Assembly (NCBI GenBank): GCA_963662465.1
Contig: OY759599.1
Location: 64,001 to 128,000, forward strand
DNA length: 64,000 bases
Direction: 5' to 3'
Source of the DNA: Desulfatiglandales bacterium
GTDB lineage: Bacteria > Desulfobacterota > DSM-4660 > Desulfatiglandales > Desulfatiglandaceae
Made by a program: the position numbers and the translations under genes. Of the stretch, positions 42,101 through 51,612 are shown one piece after another (position 1 is the first letter of the stretch; the number at the start of each line of letters is the position of its first letter). Under the pieces are notes generated by a model. That model was not told where the DNA came from and searched no databases. It saw nothing but the letters and a program-made list of their open reading frames with translations.

Positions 42101-44098
42101 ATGAACCCATTAAATTCTGAAGAGACGAAATATGTCAGAGGAATTCCGTCCATTGTTCTGGGTGTTGTGGATTTCTGTTTGCTGAATCTGGCATTTTTTC
42201 TGCTGAATTACTGGAAACGGGGATCTTTTGAGTTGGCCCCAAAATATGGGAAGCTGCTGCTGGCCTTTTATGGGGTCTGGTTCCTGGTTTCCCTGGCCAA
42301 TAAGAAATTTCAGTGGCGGGAATACGCGGGGTTGGGTAGAGGGCTGTGGACCCTGGCCCGATGCGGGCTGTATCTGGCCTACTGTGTGGCCGTCATGGTA
42401 GTGATCATGGGCCTCTATGGCTATTCCAGGGGGCAGGTGTTCGGGACCTGCCTGGTGTTCGTGGGATTGGAAGGGGTCGTGTTCTGGGGTGTGTATTTCC
42501 TGCTTCGGCGGTCCAATGGGGGGGACGTAAGGCGGGAACCATTGATGGTGGAGCGCCCTGCCCGAATTTCCTGGCGGCTGATGGTGGTGGATTTTGTGCT
42601 GGTGGGGGTTTCCTTTTTCGTGGTCAATTATCTGAAACGGGACGGCTTTCATGTTCTTCCGGATTATGAGAAACTGCTGCTGTTGATTTATGGGTTGTGG
42701 TTCGTCTGTTCGCTGGCCACCCGGAAGTTTGAACGGCTGGATTACGTGAATTACTACCATGGCCTCTGGCCGTGGATCAAGGCGATGATTCTGTTGGCCT
42801 TTTCCATGGGGGTGATGGTTTTTTTGTTTCGGTTTCGGTATTTTTCAAGAACCCAGGTGTTCGGGCCCATGGTCGTGCTGATGGTGTTGGAGACGGTTTT
42901 CTACCGGTTTTATTTTGAGCGCAAAAAACGGGTCGGCGCCGAGGGGGATATTGAATCCGCTGATACAGTGTCCCGCATCCTGAAGCAGGAACCGTTGACG
43001 GTGGAAACGGATCTGGAGGCCCTGAAGCAGGCGTTTTTGTCGCCCATTCGAGAACGGTTGCGGGATCGGTACCTGAAAAATCATTCGGGGCTGTTTTCGC
43101 TCATGGACCGGTCCATGGATCTGGCGGGCATTTTAAGGGCGGAAACGGCCATTCGAAACAGCAGTGAAATGCTCTATTCCGATACGGTGGGCGAGCGATA
43201 CATGCGGCTGTTCGTTAACCTGCGGAAGATCAATGATATTCGTTATATCAACCAGTATTTTCTGGCGGTGCACAATTTGTTGATTCCCGGGGGGTACCTG
43301 GTGGGGCGCGCCCATACCCTTGCCACCCATCGGGAATGGATGATCCGGAAGTTTCCGCGGCAACTGGCCAATGCCCTGTACGCAGTGGATTTTCTGTTTA
43401 ACCGGGTGATGCCCAAACTTCCATGGGTCAAGCAGGTTTATTTTTCCGTGACCAGGGGGAAGAACCGGGTCATGAGCCGATCGGAGTTGCTGGGCCGGCT
43501 TTGTTTCTGCGGGTTTGAGATTGTGGGGGAAGAAGATATTGACGAACGGTTCTGTTTTGTGGTGCGAAAGGCCAAAACCATCTCCATGGTGGAAAATCCG
43601 TCTTATGGTCCTCTGGTGGGGTTTAACCGGATCGGGGCCGGCAATAAACCCATTCGAACCTATAAATTCCGGACCATGCACCCCTATTCCGAATTTTTGC
43701 AGGATTATGTGTATGAGAAAAGCGGCCTTCAGAAGGGGGGAAAGCTGGAGAATGATTTTCGCATTACGGTCTGGGGAAAGGTGATGCGGAAACTCTGGCT
43801 GGACGAGCTGCCCATGCTGTACAACTGGGTGCGGGGGGAGCTGCAGATCTTTGGGGTGCGGCCGTTGAGCGCGCACTATTTCAGTTTGTATCCAGAAGAT
43901 TTGCAGGAATTGAGGGGGCGGGTGAAGCCGGGGCTGGTGCCGCCGTTTTATGCGGATATGCCGGTGACGTTTGAGGAGATTTGTGAGTCGGAGCGGCGGT
44001 ATATTCTGGCTTATTTGGAGCGGCCGGTTTGGACTCAGGTTAGGTATTTTTGGAAGGCTTTTTATAATATTGTGTTTCGGGGGGCTCGGAGCGGGTAG
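42101..44098 (+). CDS. Membrane sugar transferase (phosphoglycosyl-transferase domain)
   Basis: About 8 N-terminal TM segments; YKFRTM, DFRIT..G..MRK..LDELP, GVRP. Confidence 0.88.
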   Translation: MNPLNSEETKYVRGIPSIVLGVVDFCLLNLAFFLLNYWKRGSFELAPKYGKLLLAFYGVWFLVSLANKKFQWREYAGLGRGLWTLARCGLYLAYCVAVMVVIMGLYGYSRGQVFGTCLVFVGLEGVVFWGVYFLLRRSNGGDVRREPLMVERPARISWRLMVVDFVLVGVSFFVVNYLKRDGFHVLPDYEKLLLLIYGLWFVCSLATRKFERLDYVNYYHGLWPWIKAMILLAFSMGVMVFLFRFRYFSRTQVFGPMVVLMVLETVFYRFYFERKKRVGAEGDIESADTVSRILKQEPLTVETDLEALKQAFLSPIRERLRDRYLKNHSGLFSLMDRSMDLAGILRAETAIRNSSEMLYSDTVGERYMRLFVNLRKINDIRYINQYFLAVHNLLIPGGYLVGRAHTLATHREWMIRKFPRQLANALYAVDFLFNRVMPKLPWVKQVYFSVTRGKNRVMSRSELLGRLCFCGFEIVGEEDIDERFCFVVRKAKTISMVENPSYGPLVGFNRIGAGNKPIRTYKFRTMHPYSEFLQDYVYEKSGLQKGGKLENDFRITVWGKVMRKLWLDELPMLYNWVRGELQIFGVRPLSAHYFSLYPEDLQELRGRVKPGLVPPFYADMPVTFEEICESERRYILAYLERPVWTQVRYFWKAFYNIVFRGARSG

Positions 44099-44103
44099 AT
44101 TAT

Positions 44104-44180
44104 CTCGCGCAGAGCCGCAGAGGCGCAGAGAGGGAAAGGATTTTTTGTTTTTTCTTTGCGACTTAGCGTCTTTGCGCGAG
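44104..44180. repeat. Hairpin element CTCGCGCA...TGCGCGAG built of 9-mers
   Basis: Full copies at 41678-41752, 41897-41965, 44104-44180, 44563-44638, 45042-45122; single arms near 21821, 27838, 27967, 32688, 46329, 50600, 60117. Confidence 0.92.
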
Positions 44181-44231
44181 GTGATTTTTGGTTTCTTTGC
44201 GGGAGAGTGAGGGGGCGGGCGGTGGTCTGTA

Positions 44232-44546
44232 ATGAAAAATCGATCTGACAGTATTCTCGCGGTCGTTCATGAGACCGCAAAAGGTTTGCGCGATGCGGGT
44301 ATTATGAATGAAATAACCATGCGTGAATTTGATACGCTATGTCTGTTTCCCGTTAAGACATATCAACCACGGGAAATTAAAGAGATACGGTTGCGCCATC
44401 GGGTTAGCCAGGCGGTATTCGCTGCCTACCTGAATGTAAGCAAGACTTCTGTGGCAAGCTGGGAGTCGGGCGGGAAAAAACCCGGCCCAGCGGCAGCCAA
44501 GCTCCTTAGCTTGGTGGATCGAAAAGGCATTGACGCAGTTGCCTGA
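44232..44546 (+). CDS. Orphan HigA-like HTH antitoxin
   Basis: VSQAVFA, SWESGGKKPG; no toxin gene upstream. Confidence 0.88.
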   Translation: MKNRSDSILAVVHETAKGLRDAGIMNEITMREFDTLCLFPVKTYQPREIKEIRLRHRVSQAVFAAYLNVSKTSVASWESGGKKPGPAAAKLLSLVDRKGIDAVA

Positions 44547-44652
44547 TCTAAAAAAGAAGTAACTCGCGCAGAGACGCCAAGACGCAAAGAAGAGAAGTTT
44601 TTATTGTTTTTCTCTGCGCCTCAGCGTCTCTGCGCGAGAATATAGGTTTTTT

Positions 44653-45036
44653 ATGACGGAAAATGAGATTGGGACGATTGTGGTTGATGCGGCTGTGAAG
44701 GTTCATATGGCGCTGGGTCCGGGTCTTTTGGAAAGCGTCTACGAGATTGTTCTCGCTCATGAGCTTTCAAAGAGGGGACTGCATGTGGAAAGGCAGATTC
44801 CCATTCCCATACAATATGATCGGATCAAGTTTGATGAAGGTTTTAGGGCAGATATCATTGTAGAAAAAAAAGTAGTGCTTGAACTGAAATCTGTTGAGAA
44901 GATTACGCCTGCGCATAAGAAACAGATTCAAACATATCTTCGGCTTACGGGTTGCAGGCTGGGGTATCTGTTGAATTTCGGTGCGGCTTTGATGAAACAG
45001 GGTATTACCAGGGCTGTCAATAATCTTGAAGAATAA
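44653..45036 (+). CDS. GxxExxY protein (PD-(D/E)XK-like)
   Basis: GPGLLESVYE, FRADIIVE, ELKSV, GYLLNFG. Confidence 0.95.
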   Translation: MTENEIGTIVVDAAVKVHMALGPGLLESVYEIVLAHELSKRGLHVERQIPIPIQYDRIKFDEGFRADIIVEKKVVLELKSVEKITPAHKKQIQTYLRLTGCRLGYLLNFGAALMKQGITRAVNNLEE

Positions 45037-45104
45037 ATTATCTCGCGCAGAGACGCAGAGGCGCAGAGAGAAAAAGGGCTTTTTTTGTTTTTTTTCTTAG
45101 CGCC

Positions 45105-45536
45105 TTGGCGTCTTTGCGCGAGAATAGAGAGACTTTGTGCGAGAAATCTAAAAACTGGCCCGGGCGGGTGTTGGTGGCGTCTTATGTATTGATTGCCATT
45201 GCCGCGGTTGTCCCATACGGTTCCAAAGTTCAAAGTGTTTCAGTGGTATCCATCGGGCTTGACAAGATTGTCCACTTTATCGGTTTTGCGTGCATGGCGG
45301 TGTTTTCCCTGGGTGCCGGAAGAGGCGGTCCCTTTTGGAAGAAGATTTTTCTTGTTTTTATGGTGCTGGTTTTCGGTGTCTTAATTGAATTTGTCCAATA
45401 TTATTTGTCTTATCGAACCTTCAACCCGGTGGATATCGCCGCCAATCTTTTTGGGATGCTTTTTGGGATTTTGGTGTGGTATCTTTTCCTGGCGCGTGTT
45501 TTGAGAAGACGTGCGGAGAAGGGCCTTCCGGGTTAG
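45105..45536 (+). CDS. VanZ-family membrane protein
   Basis: DKIVHF, IEFVQ, RTF..DIAAN; start uncertain and lies in a hairpin arm. Confidence 0.8.
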   Translation: MASLRENRETLCEKSKNWPGRVLVASYVLIAIAAVVPYGSKVQSVSVVSIGLDKIVHFIGFACMAVFSLGAGRGGPFWKKIFLVFMVLVFGVLIEFVQYYLSYRTFNPVDIAANLFGMLFGILVWYLFLARVLRRRAEKGLPG

Positions 45537-45569
45537 ATGACTACGGTTCTTGTTTAAGTAAATAAAATG

Positions 45570-45596
45570 GCCGGCCTTTGGGTCGGCTTTTTTTTT
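45570..45596 (+). terminator. Intrinsic terminator
   Basis: GCCGGCC-TTTG-GGTCGGC stem-loop followed by T9. Confidence 0.75.
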
Positions 45597-45656
45597 GATC
45601 CACAGATTACGATCCACAGATTACGCAGATTACGCAGATTACAGACCTCAATATTC

Positions 45657-45730
45657 TGACAGGATTAACAGGATTAACAAGATAAAAGAACATGGATGTA
45701 AGTATCCTGTAAATCCTGTAAATCCTGTCA
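45657..45730. repeat. Gene-less element with inverted 9-mer arms
   Basis: TGACAGGATTAACAGGATTAACAAGAT / ATCCTGTAAATCCTGTAAATCCTGTCA (24/27); left arms also near 39854 and 41198. Confidence 0.85.
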
Positions 45731-45768
45731 AAAAACAATGGGGAAGCAGGTAGCGGGGAGGGAGCATT

Positions 45769-48441
45769 ATGATAAGGATTTTTTGGTTGGGATTGTTGTG
45801 TTTGGTTTTACCGAATGTGGCAACGGGTGAGGTGGTAAAAGGGATTTACGGGGTGCCGTCTATTGCGGAACGGGACCCCTCGAGTTATGTGGGAGATATG
45901 GAAAAGGCCGGGGTGAATGCCGTTTTTGTGAAGCCGGATCGGGATACGGTGAAATGGTTCAAGGACAGAGGGTTTCAGGTGTTTGTTTCCATTGATGCTT
46001 ATGGTGGGTCGCGGGCATGGAAACAATTTCCGGATTCCCGTCCGGTGTTGGCGGATGGGTCTCTTTTGGGGGAAAACCCGGAATATGCCTGTCATGGTGG
46101 CGCATGCCCGAGCCATGAGGGGTGGCAGCGGGAGAGGCTTTCATATATCGCTGGATTGATCAAGGATTTCGAGGGGCAGGGTTTGTTCATTGATGGGATC
46201 TGGCTGGATTATATTCGGTATCCGGGTCGGTGGAGCGTTTTGGATCCGAAGATTCCGGATACCTGTTACTGCGAGAGATGTTTGGGTAAATTTTCAAAAG
46301 AGATGGGGATTGAGTTTCCCATAGGGTTCTCGCGCAGAGACGCAAAGACGCAGAGAAGGGAAGAAGGGCAGAGGTCGGATGTCAGCGGTTGGGCCGTGGA
46401 GGACGAAAAAGATGGGATGATTGGATGGGTGGCAGGGAGCAACACAAAGGAGGTGTCTCGGTGGATCAAAGAGAACTGTCCTTATGAGTGGATGGTGTGG
46501 AAGAAACGGCAGATTAACGGTTTTGTGGAAAAAGTGAGGGGGGTGTTGAATGAGAAATCGCCGGATCGCCGACCACTTTTAGGAATTTTCCTGGTTCCCT
46601 GGACAAAAGGGGAAAGGGGGAACGGGGTTTCCTACAGCTTTGCTCAGGATGGGTTTGAACTGGCGAAATATGCGGATGTGATTTCGCCCATGGTGTATCA
46701 CAAGAAGGTGGGGCGGTCGGAAGCGTGGGTGGGGGTTATGACCCGGTATTATGAGGAGCGGGTTTCGTGCGAGGTTTGGCCGATTGTTCAGGCCATGGAT
46801 TGCACGGTTGAGGAATTTGCGGCGGTTATGCGGTATGCTGGTGAGGGAGGGGCGGATGGCGTTCTGGGGTTTCCGTTTAGGGCTGTGGAGAAGGCGGGGT
46901 TGTGGGAGGGGTTTCGGGGATTTAACCGGGCGGTGAATTTGCTCAAATCCACAGATTACGTGGATTACAGTGATAAGAAGGTAAGAGGATTAGAAGGTGA
47001 GAAAGTTAGTGAAGAAAGTGGGGTGATTGAGATTCGGCCCGAGTATGGGGAATGTGGGGAGTGGGTGGTTCCGTTGCGGGGTTGTGAGGCGGGGGTCGTC
47101 TATGAGTTTCGGGGGGAATTTTGGCAGCGGGTTTGGGAGAATGGGGCTTATCCGATGGTGTTGCTTTGGGGGAGGGAGTTTTTATTGAATACACACTGGA
47201 AGAGCAAGGTGTTTCAACCGCTGCGGGTGTATGTGAGGTGTCCGGGTGAGGTGAGGGATCAGACGTTTCGGTTTAAGAACTGCAACCCCGAGAAAGAAAT
47301 ACGGATGCGTAATCCTGAGTTGAGGCGGTTTTATGGGTTTGCTCCGGAACCGGGCGTGCCTTTGAAGCGGGATTTTTTTGATGAACATTTTTTCCCCATC
47401 GGGGTTTATGGGGCCAACCTGAAAAACCTGGAGGAGATTAAAAAGCTGGCCATCAATACGGTGGTGCTGGGTGGGACGGGAAAAAAGCTCAGGGAACAGG
47501 TGGAAAAGTGTCATGAGGTGGGGTTGCGGTATGTGCTGTCGACGCCCCATGATCCGGATCGGTTGCCGGTGTATCTGGATCAGATTTCGGGGTATGTGAG
47601 GCCTTACGATATGGCGTTTTATGTGAATGATGAACCGGGGATTCATTCGTTTCCGACGGGGAAGGCGGTGGATGTGAACCGGTTGATCAAGGAACGGTTT
47701 CCGGATTGTGCCACCTGTATGGCCATTGTGCGGCCGCAGGTGTGTGGGGAGTATAAGGATGGGGCCGATTTCTTCATGCTGGATCAGTATCCGGTACCGT
47801 TTATGCCATTTGGGTGGCTTTCCGATAGTATGGATTATTGTGCGGCGTGTTTGGGATCCGCAGATTACGCAGATTACGCGGATTACACTGAAAAGAAGGT
47901 TAAAGGTTTAGCAAGGGGTCGGCTGGCGGCGGTGATTCAGGCATTTGGGGGAGAAACGCGTTTTGATCATCCGAGGTTGCCGACTTGGCAGGAGATGGAT
48001 TGTCTGGCGTTTTTGTCGGTGGTGCATGGGTCGCGGGGGATTTTCTTTTATACGTATTCGTGGATCGGGAAGACGGAGGAGGGTCGGGAACGGCTGGGTC
48101 GGGTGGTGGGCCGGTTGAACCAGGTGTACCCGTGGCTGGTGGTGGAGAATTCAGGGGAGAAGGTTGGGGTGGAGATGCTTTCGGGCAATCGGTTTGATCC
48201 GAAGGGACGGGCGGCGGTGCAGTGTTGTCTTAAGCGGAAAGGGGATGAATTGATGGTGTTTGCGGTGAATACTATTGGAACTGGGGTGGAGTGTTTGCTA
48301 GAGGCTGAGAAGGTTAGAGGTTTAGAAGGTAAGAAGGTTAGTGAGGTGTTTTCGGGGGAGGATTATGTGGTTCGGGATGGGAAGATTCGGGTTCGGCTGG
48401 GGCCTTATGGGGTCAAGGCTTTTATCCACAGATTACACTGA
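45769..48441 (+). CDS. Secreted protein with two glycoside-hydrolase-like (TIM-barrel) regions
   Basis: Signal peptide; DGIWLDYIRYP, CYCERC, DVISPMVYH; second region YVNDEP, DQYPVP. Confidence 0.7.
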   Translation: MIRIFWLGLLCLVLPNVATGEVVKGIYGVPSIAERDPSSYVGDMEKAGVNAVFVKPDRDTVKWFKDRGFQVFVSIDAYGGSRAWKQFPDSRPVLADGSLLGENPEYACHGGACPSHEGWQRERLSYIAGLIKDFEGQGLFIDGIWLDYIRYPGRWSVLDPKIPDTCYCERCLGKFSKEMGIEFPIGFSRRDAKTQRREEGQRSDVSGWAVEDEKDGMIGWVAGSNTKEVSRWIKENCPYEWMVWKKRQINGFVEKVRGVLNEKSPDRRPLLGIFLVPWTKGERGNGVSYSFAQDGFELAKYADVISPMVYHKKVGRSEAWVGVMTRYYEERVSCEVWPIVQAMDCTVEEFAAVMRYAGEGGADGVLGFPFRAVEKAGLWEGFRGFNRAVNLLKSTDYVDYSDKKVRGLEGEKVSEESGVIEIRPEYGECGEWVVPLRGCEAGVVYEFRGEFWQRVWENGAYPMVLLWGREFLLNTHWKSKVFQPLRVYVRCPGEVRDQTFRFKNCNPEKEIRMRNPELRRFYGFAPEPGVPLKRDFFDEHFFPIGVYGANLKNLEEIKKLAINTVVLGGTGKKLREQVEKCHEVGLRYVLSTPHDPDRLPVYLDQISGYVRPYDMAFYVNDEPGIHSFPTGKAVDVNRLIKERFPDCATCMAIVRPQVCGEYKDGADFFMLDQYPVPFMPFGWLSDSMDYCAACLGSADYADYADYTEKKVKGLARGRLAAVIQAFGGETRFDHPRLPTWQEMDCLAFLSVVHGSRGIFFYTYSWIGKTEEGRERLGRVVGRLNQVYPWLVVENSGEKVGVEMLSGNRFDPKGRAAVQCCLKRKGDELMVFAVNTIGTGVECLLEAEKVRGLEGKKVSEVFSGEDYVVRDGKIRVRLGPYGVKAFIHRLH

Positions 48442-48455
48442 TTACGGGGATTAGG

Positions 48456-48827
48456 ATGGAAGATGAGAGGTCTTATAAGGTTATTGGGGCTGCTATGGAG
48501 GTGCATAAGGGGTTAGGTTGTGGTTTTCTTGAAGCAGTGTACCAGGAGGCACTTGAGAGGGAGTTTAGAATTCAGGGAATTCCTTATATTTCGCAGTATG
48601 AGATTCAAATTGTTTACAAAGGGGTCGTACTGAACAAAACGTATATCGCGGATTTTGTTTGTTATGAAAAAATAATTGTGGAAATTAAAGCTTTATCAAA
48701 AATGTCTGGTATTGAGGCTGCGCAGGTCATAAACTACCTGAAAGCGTCAAATTTTAAGATAGGTCTTCTTCTCAATTTTGGAGCCAAATCCCTGGAATAT
48801 AAACGCTTCATCCATAACAATCAGTAA
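48456..48827 (+). CDS. GxxExxY protein, second paralog
   Basis: GCGFLEAVYQEAL, ADFVC, EIKA, GLLLNFG. Confidence 0.95.
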   Translation: MEDERSYKVIGAAMEVHKGLGCGFLEAVYQEALEREFRIQGIPYISQYEIQIVYKGVVLNKTYIADFVCYEKIIVEIKALSKMSGIEAAQVINYLKASNFKIGLLLNFGAKSLEYKRFIHNNQ

Positions 48828-48875
48828 AATCCGTGTAATCTGCGTAATCTGCGGATCCTAATCAGTGGGTAAAAA

Positions 48876-51119
48876 ATGGAAAAAGCAGCATACATCATAT
48901 ACCTAACCATCCTCCTCCTCAGCATCTTCATGTTCGGGGCGGTGCATACCTACATGTACACCCTGATGACCCTTGGGGTGTTGGCGGCGACTGTTTTCCT
49001 TCTTTGGAAGAATGTTCGGAAGGACTACAAAAGCAGGGAATACCGGTTTCGGGTGCCCCGGAACAGTTTGCATGTGGGGTTTGCGGTGCTGCTGGGATTC
49101 CTGGTTTTACAGATGGTTCCCCTGCCTTCTTTTGTGGTGGATTTTCTGTCGCCGGAAGCATCGGTGGTGGCTGAAAAATCGTTTTCGGCGGTGGAATTGG
49201 TGAATAGCCCTGAGGCGGAAAAGCCGTGGTTTTTCCTTGCGGCCTATGGGTATCCGGTTCGCATGTCGATGGTTCGGTTTGTGGTTTACGGGTTGTTTTT
49301 CTTTGGTTTCCTTCAGACCCTTCAGTCACGCAGGCGAATTAATGTGGCGGTTTCGTTTCTGTTGGCCATGGGGTGTTTTGAGGCCCTGTATGGGCTCATG
49401 GAGACCTATTCCGGGTCGCACAAGGTGTTGTGGTACACCATGAATTATGCCAAAGAACGGGTGAAAGGCACTTTTATCAATGGCAATCATTTTGCCGCTT
49501 ACATGGCCATGGGCGTGGTTCTGGCGGCGGCCTTTGCGGGGGCCATTGCGCCGGAAAAACGTGTCAGCCGAAATAATTCCAGACGGAAGCCAAGTCTGAG
49601 TGCAAGGGTCGCCTCTTTTCTGGAAGGGGAAGAGGCTTTGTTCAAGCGGGTTCTGGTGGGGTTTTCCGGGGTGCTGATGGGGATCGGGTTGATCTTTTCA
49701 GCCTCCCGGGGCGCTATTTTGAGCTGGGCCGGGGCTATGTTTCTGATGGGGTTGCTGCTGGTTTTGCGGAAACAATATCGACGAAAAGGGGTTTTGCTTA
49801 TCGGTATTTTTCTGTTGATTTGCGGTTATGCGGTTCAAATCGGTGTGGAGTATCCTCTGGAGCGGTTTATGAAGATGGAATCGGGGATGGAAAGCCGGTC
49901 GCGCTATGCCGCCAGGACCATGGACCTTTTTGAGGATTTTCAAGTGGCCGGCGTGGGGGTCGGGAATTTCCAATATGCGTTTCCCAAATACCAGTCGGAG
50001 AAAGATAAGAAAAAGTACTATATTTTTGCGCATAATGACTGGGCCCAATATATGGCGGAGGCGGGTATTTTAGGGCTGGGCTTGTTGCTGGGTGGGGTCG
50101 GGTATTACCTTTTCAAGACCCTCAAGCTGTGGGCCAGGCGGAAGGATGCCTATGCGGTGTGCCTGGGGGTGGCGCCGGTTGTGGCACTTGTTTATATCGG
50201 CCTGCATTCCTATGTGGAATTTACGCTGCATACTCCGGCAAACGTGCTCATTCTGTTGTCCATCATGGCCATCGGGCATGCGGCCCTTCATTTGGAACGG
50301 CATCATCGGCGGGATGTGATGAGTTACCGGTATTACAATCTTCCTTTGAAATATAAGGGCGGGGTGGTGTTGCTGTTGATTCTGGGACTGATCGGGTGGA
50401 CGGGGTATTGGAGTATTCGGCATTTCATGGGGGAGGTGTATTGCAATACGGTGCCTAACAGCACCTTGAACCGGGATAAGCGGCCGCCGGTGGGCGAGGT
50501 GGTGCGGGCGGTTGAGTGGGATTCGGGGAATGCTGCTTACTGGTTTAAGCTTGGATCCGCAGATTACGCAGATTACACAGATGGAAAAGGAAAAGATGTC
50601 TCGCGCAAAGGCGCAAAGGCGCAAAGAGGGGAAAGGCAGGGGTCAGAGGTCAGAAGTCTGAAGTCAGAGGACAGAGGTCTGAAGTCGGTAACAGAAATCG
50701 GCGAAAATCTGTGTAATCTGCGGATAATGGCTTTGGAGAGATCTGTGGAACTGAATCCTTTTGACGCGCAGTACCATCTTCGGTTGGGGTGGGAATATGC
50801 GCATTTGTGGCAGGAAAAGGATTATCATGTGAGATGGCTGCCGGCGGCGGATATCAGCATGGATCGGGCGGCTTATTTTGCGGGGGTGAAGAACCCGCAC
50901 CTGCATCAAGAACTGGGGAATTACTGGACCATGCGGAGCAGGTCGGTGATGCCCAATGATCCATTGCACCATGAGGCGTGGGCGAAGGCTTGTTGGCATT
51001 ACCACAAAGCGCAAAGTCTTGAGACAGGAGGGGCGTTGAAGCGGATGAAGAAGGAAATACGGGGGTATGTTTGGAATTTTTATCCGGATGAAGACTATAT
51101 CGCGCAAGTAATCAATTAG
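48876..51119 (+). CDS. O-antigen ligase-like membrane protein with TPR-like C-terminus
   Basis: GTFINGNHFA, SASRGA, GVGVGNF, AHNDW. Confidence 0.88.
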   Translation: MEKAAYIIYLTILLLSIFMFGAVHTYMYTLMTLGVLAATVFLLWKNVRKDYKSREYRFRVPRNSLHVGFAVLLGFLVLQMVPLPSFVVDFLSPEASVVAEKSFSAVELVNSPEAEKPWFFLAAYGYPVRMSMVRFVVYGLFFFGFLQTLQSRRRINVAVSFLLAMGCFEALYGLMETYSGSHKVLWYTMNYAKERVKGTFINGNHFAAYMAMGVVLAAAFAGAIAPEKRVSRNNSRRKPSLSARVASFLEGEEALFKRVLVGFSGVLMGIGLIFSASRGAILSWAGAMFLMGLLLVLRKQYRRKGVLLIGIFLLICGYAVQIGVEYPLERFMKMESGMESRSRYAARTMDLFEDFQVAGVGVGNFQYAFPKYQSEKDKKKYYIFAHNDWAQYMAEAGILGLGLLLGGVGYYLFKTLKLWARRKDAYAVCLGVAPVVALVYIGLHSYVEFTLHTPANVLILLSIMAIGHAALHLERHHRRDVMSYRYYNLPLKYKGGVVLLLILGLIGWTGYWSIRHFMGEVYCNTVPNSTLNRDKRPPVGEVVRAVEWDSGNAAYWFKLGSADYADYTDGKGKDVSRKGAKAQRGERQGSEVRSLKSEDRGLKSVTEIGENLCNLRIMALERSVELNPFDAQYHLRLGWEYAHLWQEKDYHVRWLPAADISMDRAAYFAGVKNPHLHQELGNYWTMRSRSVMPNDPLHHEAWAKACWHYHKAQSLETGGALKRMKKEIRGYVWNFYPDEDYIAQVIN

Positions 51120-51351
51120 AAAAATTACCCATTTCGGCTCAAGGCCGTTTTGGGTAAAGGATCAAGGAGAAAGACCTTATTTAGAAGGGGCTGAACCGCT
51201 TAAATTTGGCATGGTTGCTCGGCGTGAGAGATAGGGCGTGTTTTGATACACCTTGAAATCAGTTGGTATGAATTGATTTAACGCTTGCGCTCCGGTTCTT
51301 TATGTTATATTTTTGTATAACTATCGTCAAGCGAATGCAAGGAGGAATCAA

Positions 51352-51612
51352 ATGATAAGTGTAACACTGAGAAAGCTTGGTGGATCGGTTGTAATGGCTG
51401 TCCCTGTGCAGATTCTGACTATGCTGAATATCGGTGCCGGGAGCCATGTGAATGTGAATGTTGTAGACGGTAAGTTGGTCATTGAGCCCAGGGCTAAACC
51501 GCATTTCACGCTTGCCGAACTGCTGGCCCAGTGCAGCGATGAAAACATGGCGCTAACCGATGAGGATCGCGAGTGGCTCGATACCCGGCCGGTCGGTAAG
51601 GAAATGCCATGA
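51352..51612 (+). CDS. AbrB/MazE-family antitoxin
   Basis: LRKLGGSVVMAVP, FTLAELLAQC. Confidence 0.92.
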   Translation: MISVTLRKLGGSVVMAVPVQILTMLNIGAGSHVNVNVVDGKLVIEPRAKPHFTLAELLAQCSDENMALTDEDREWLDTRPVGKEMP

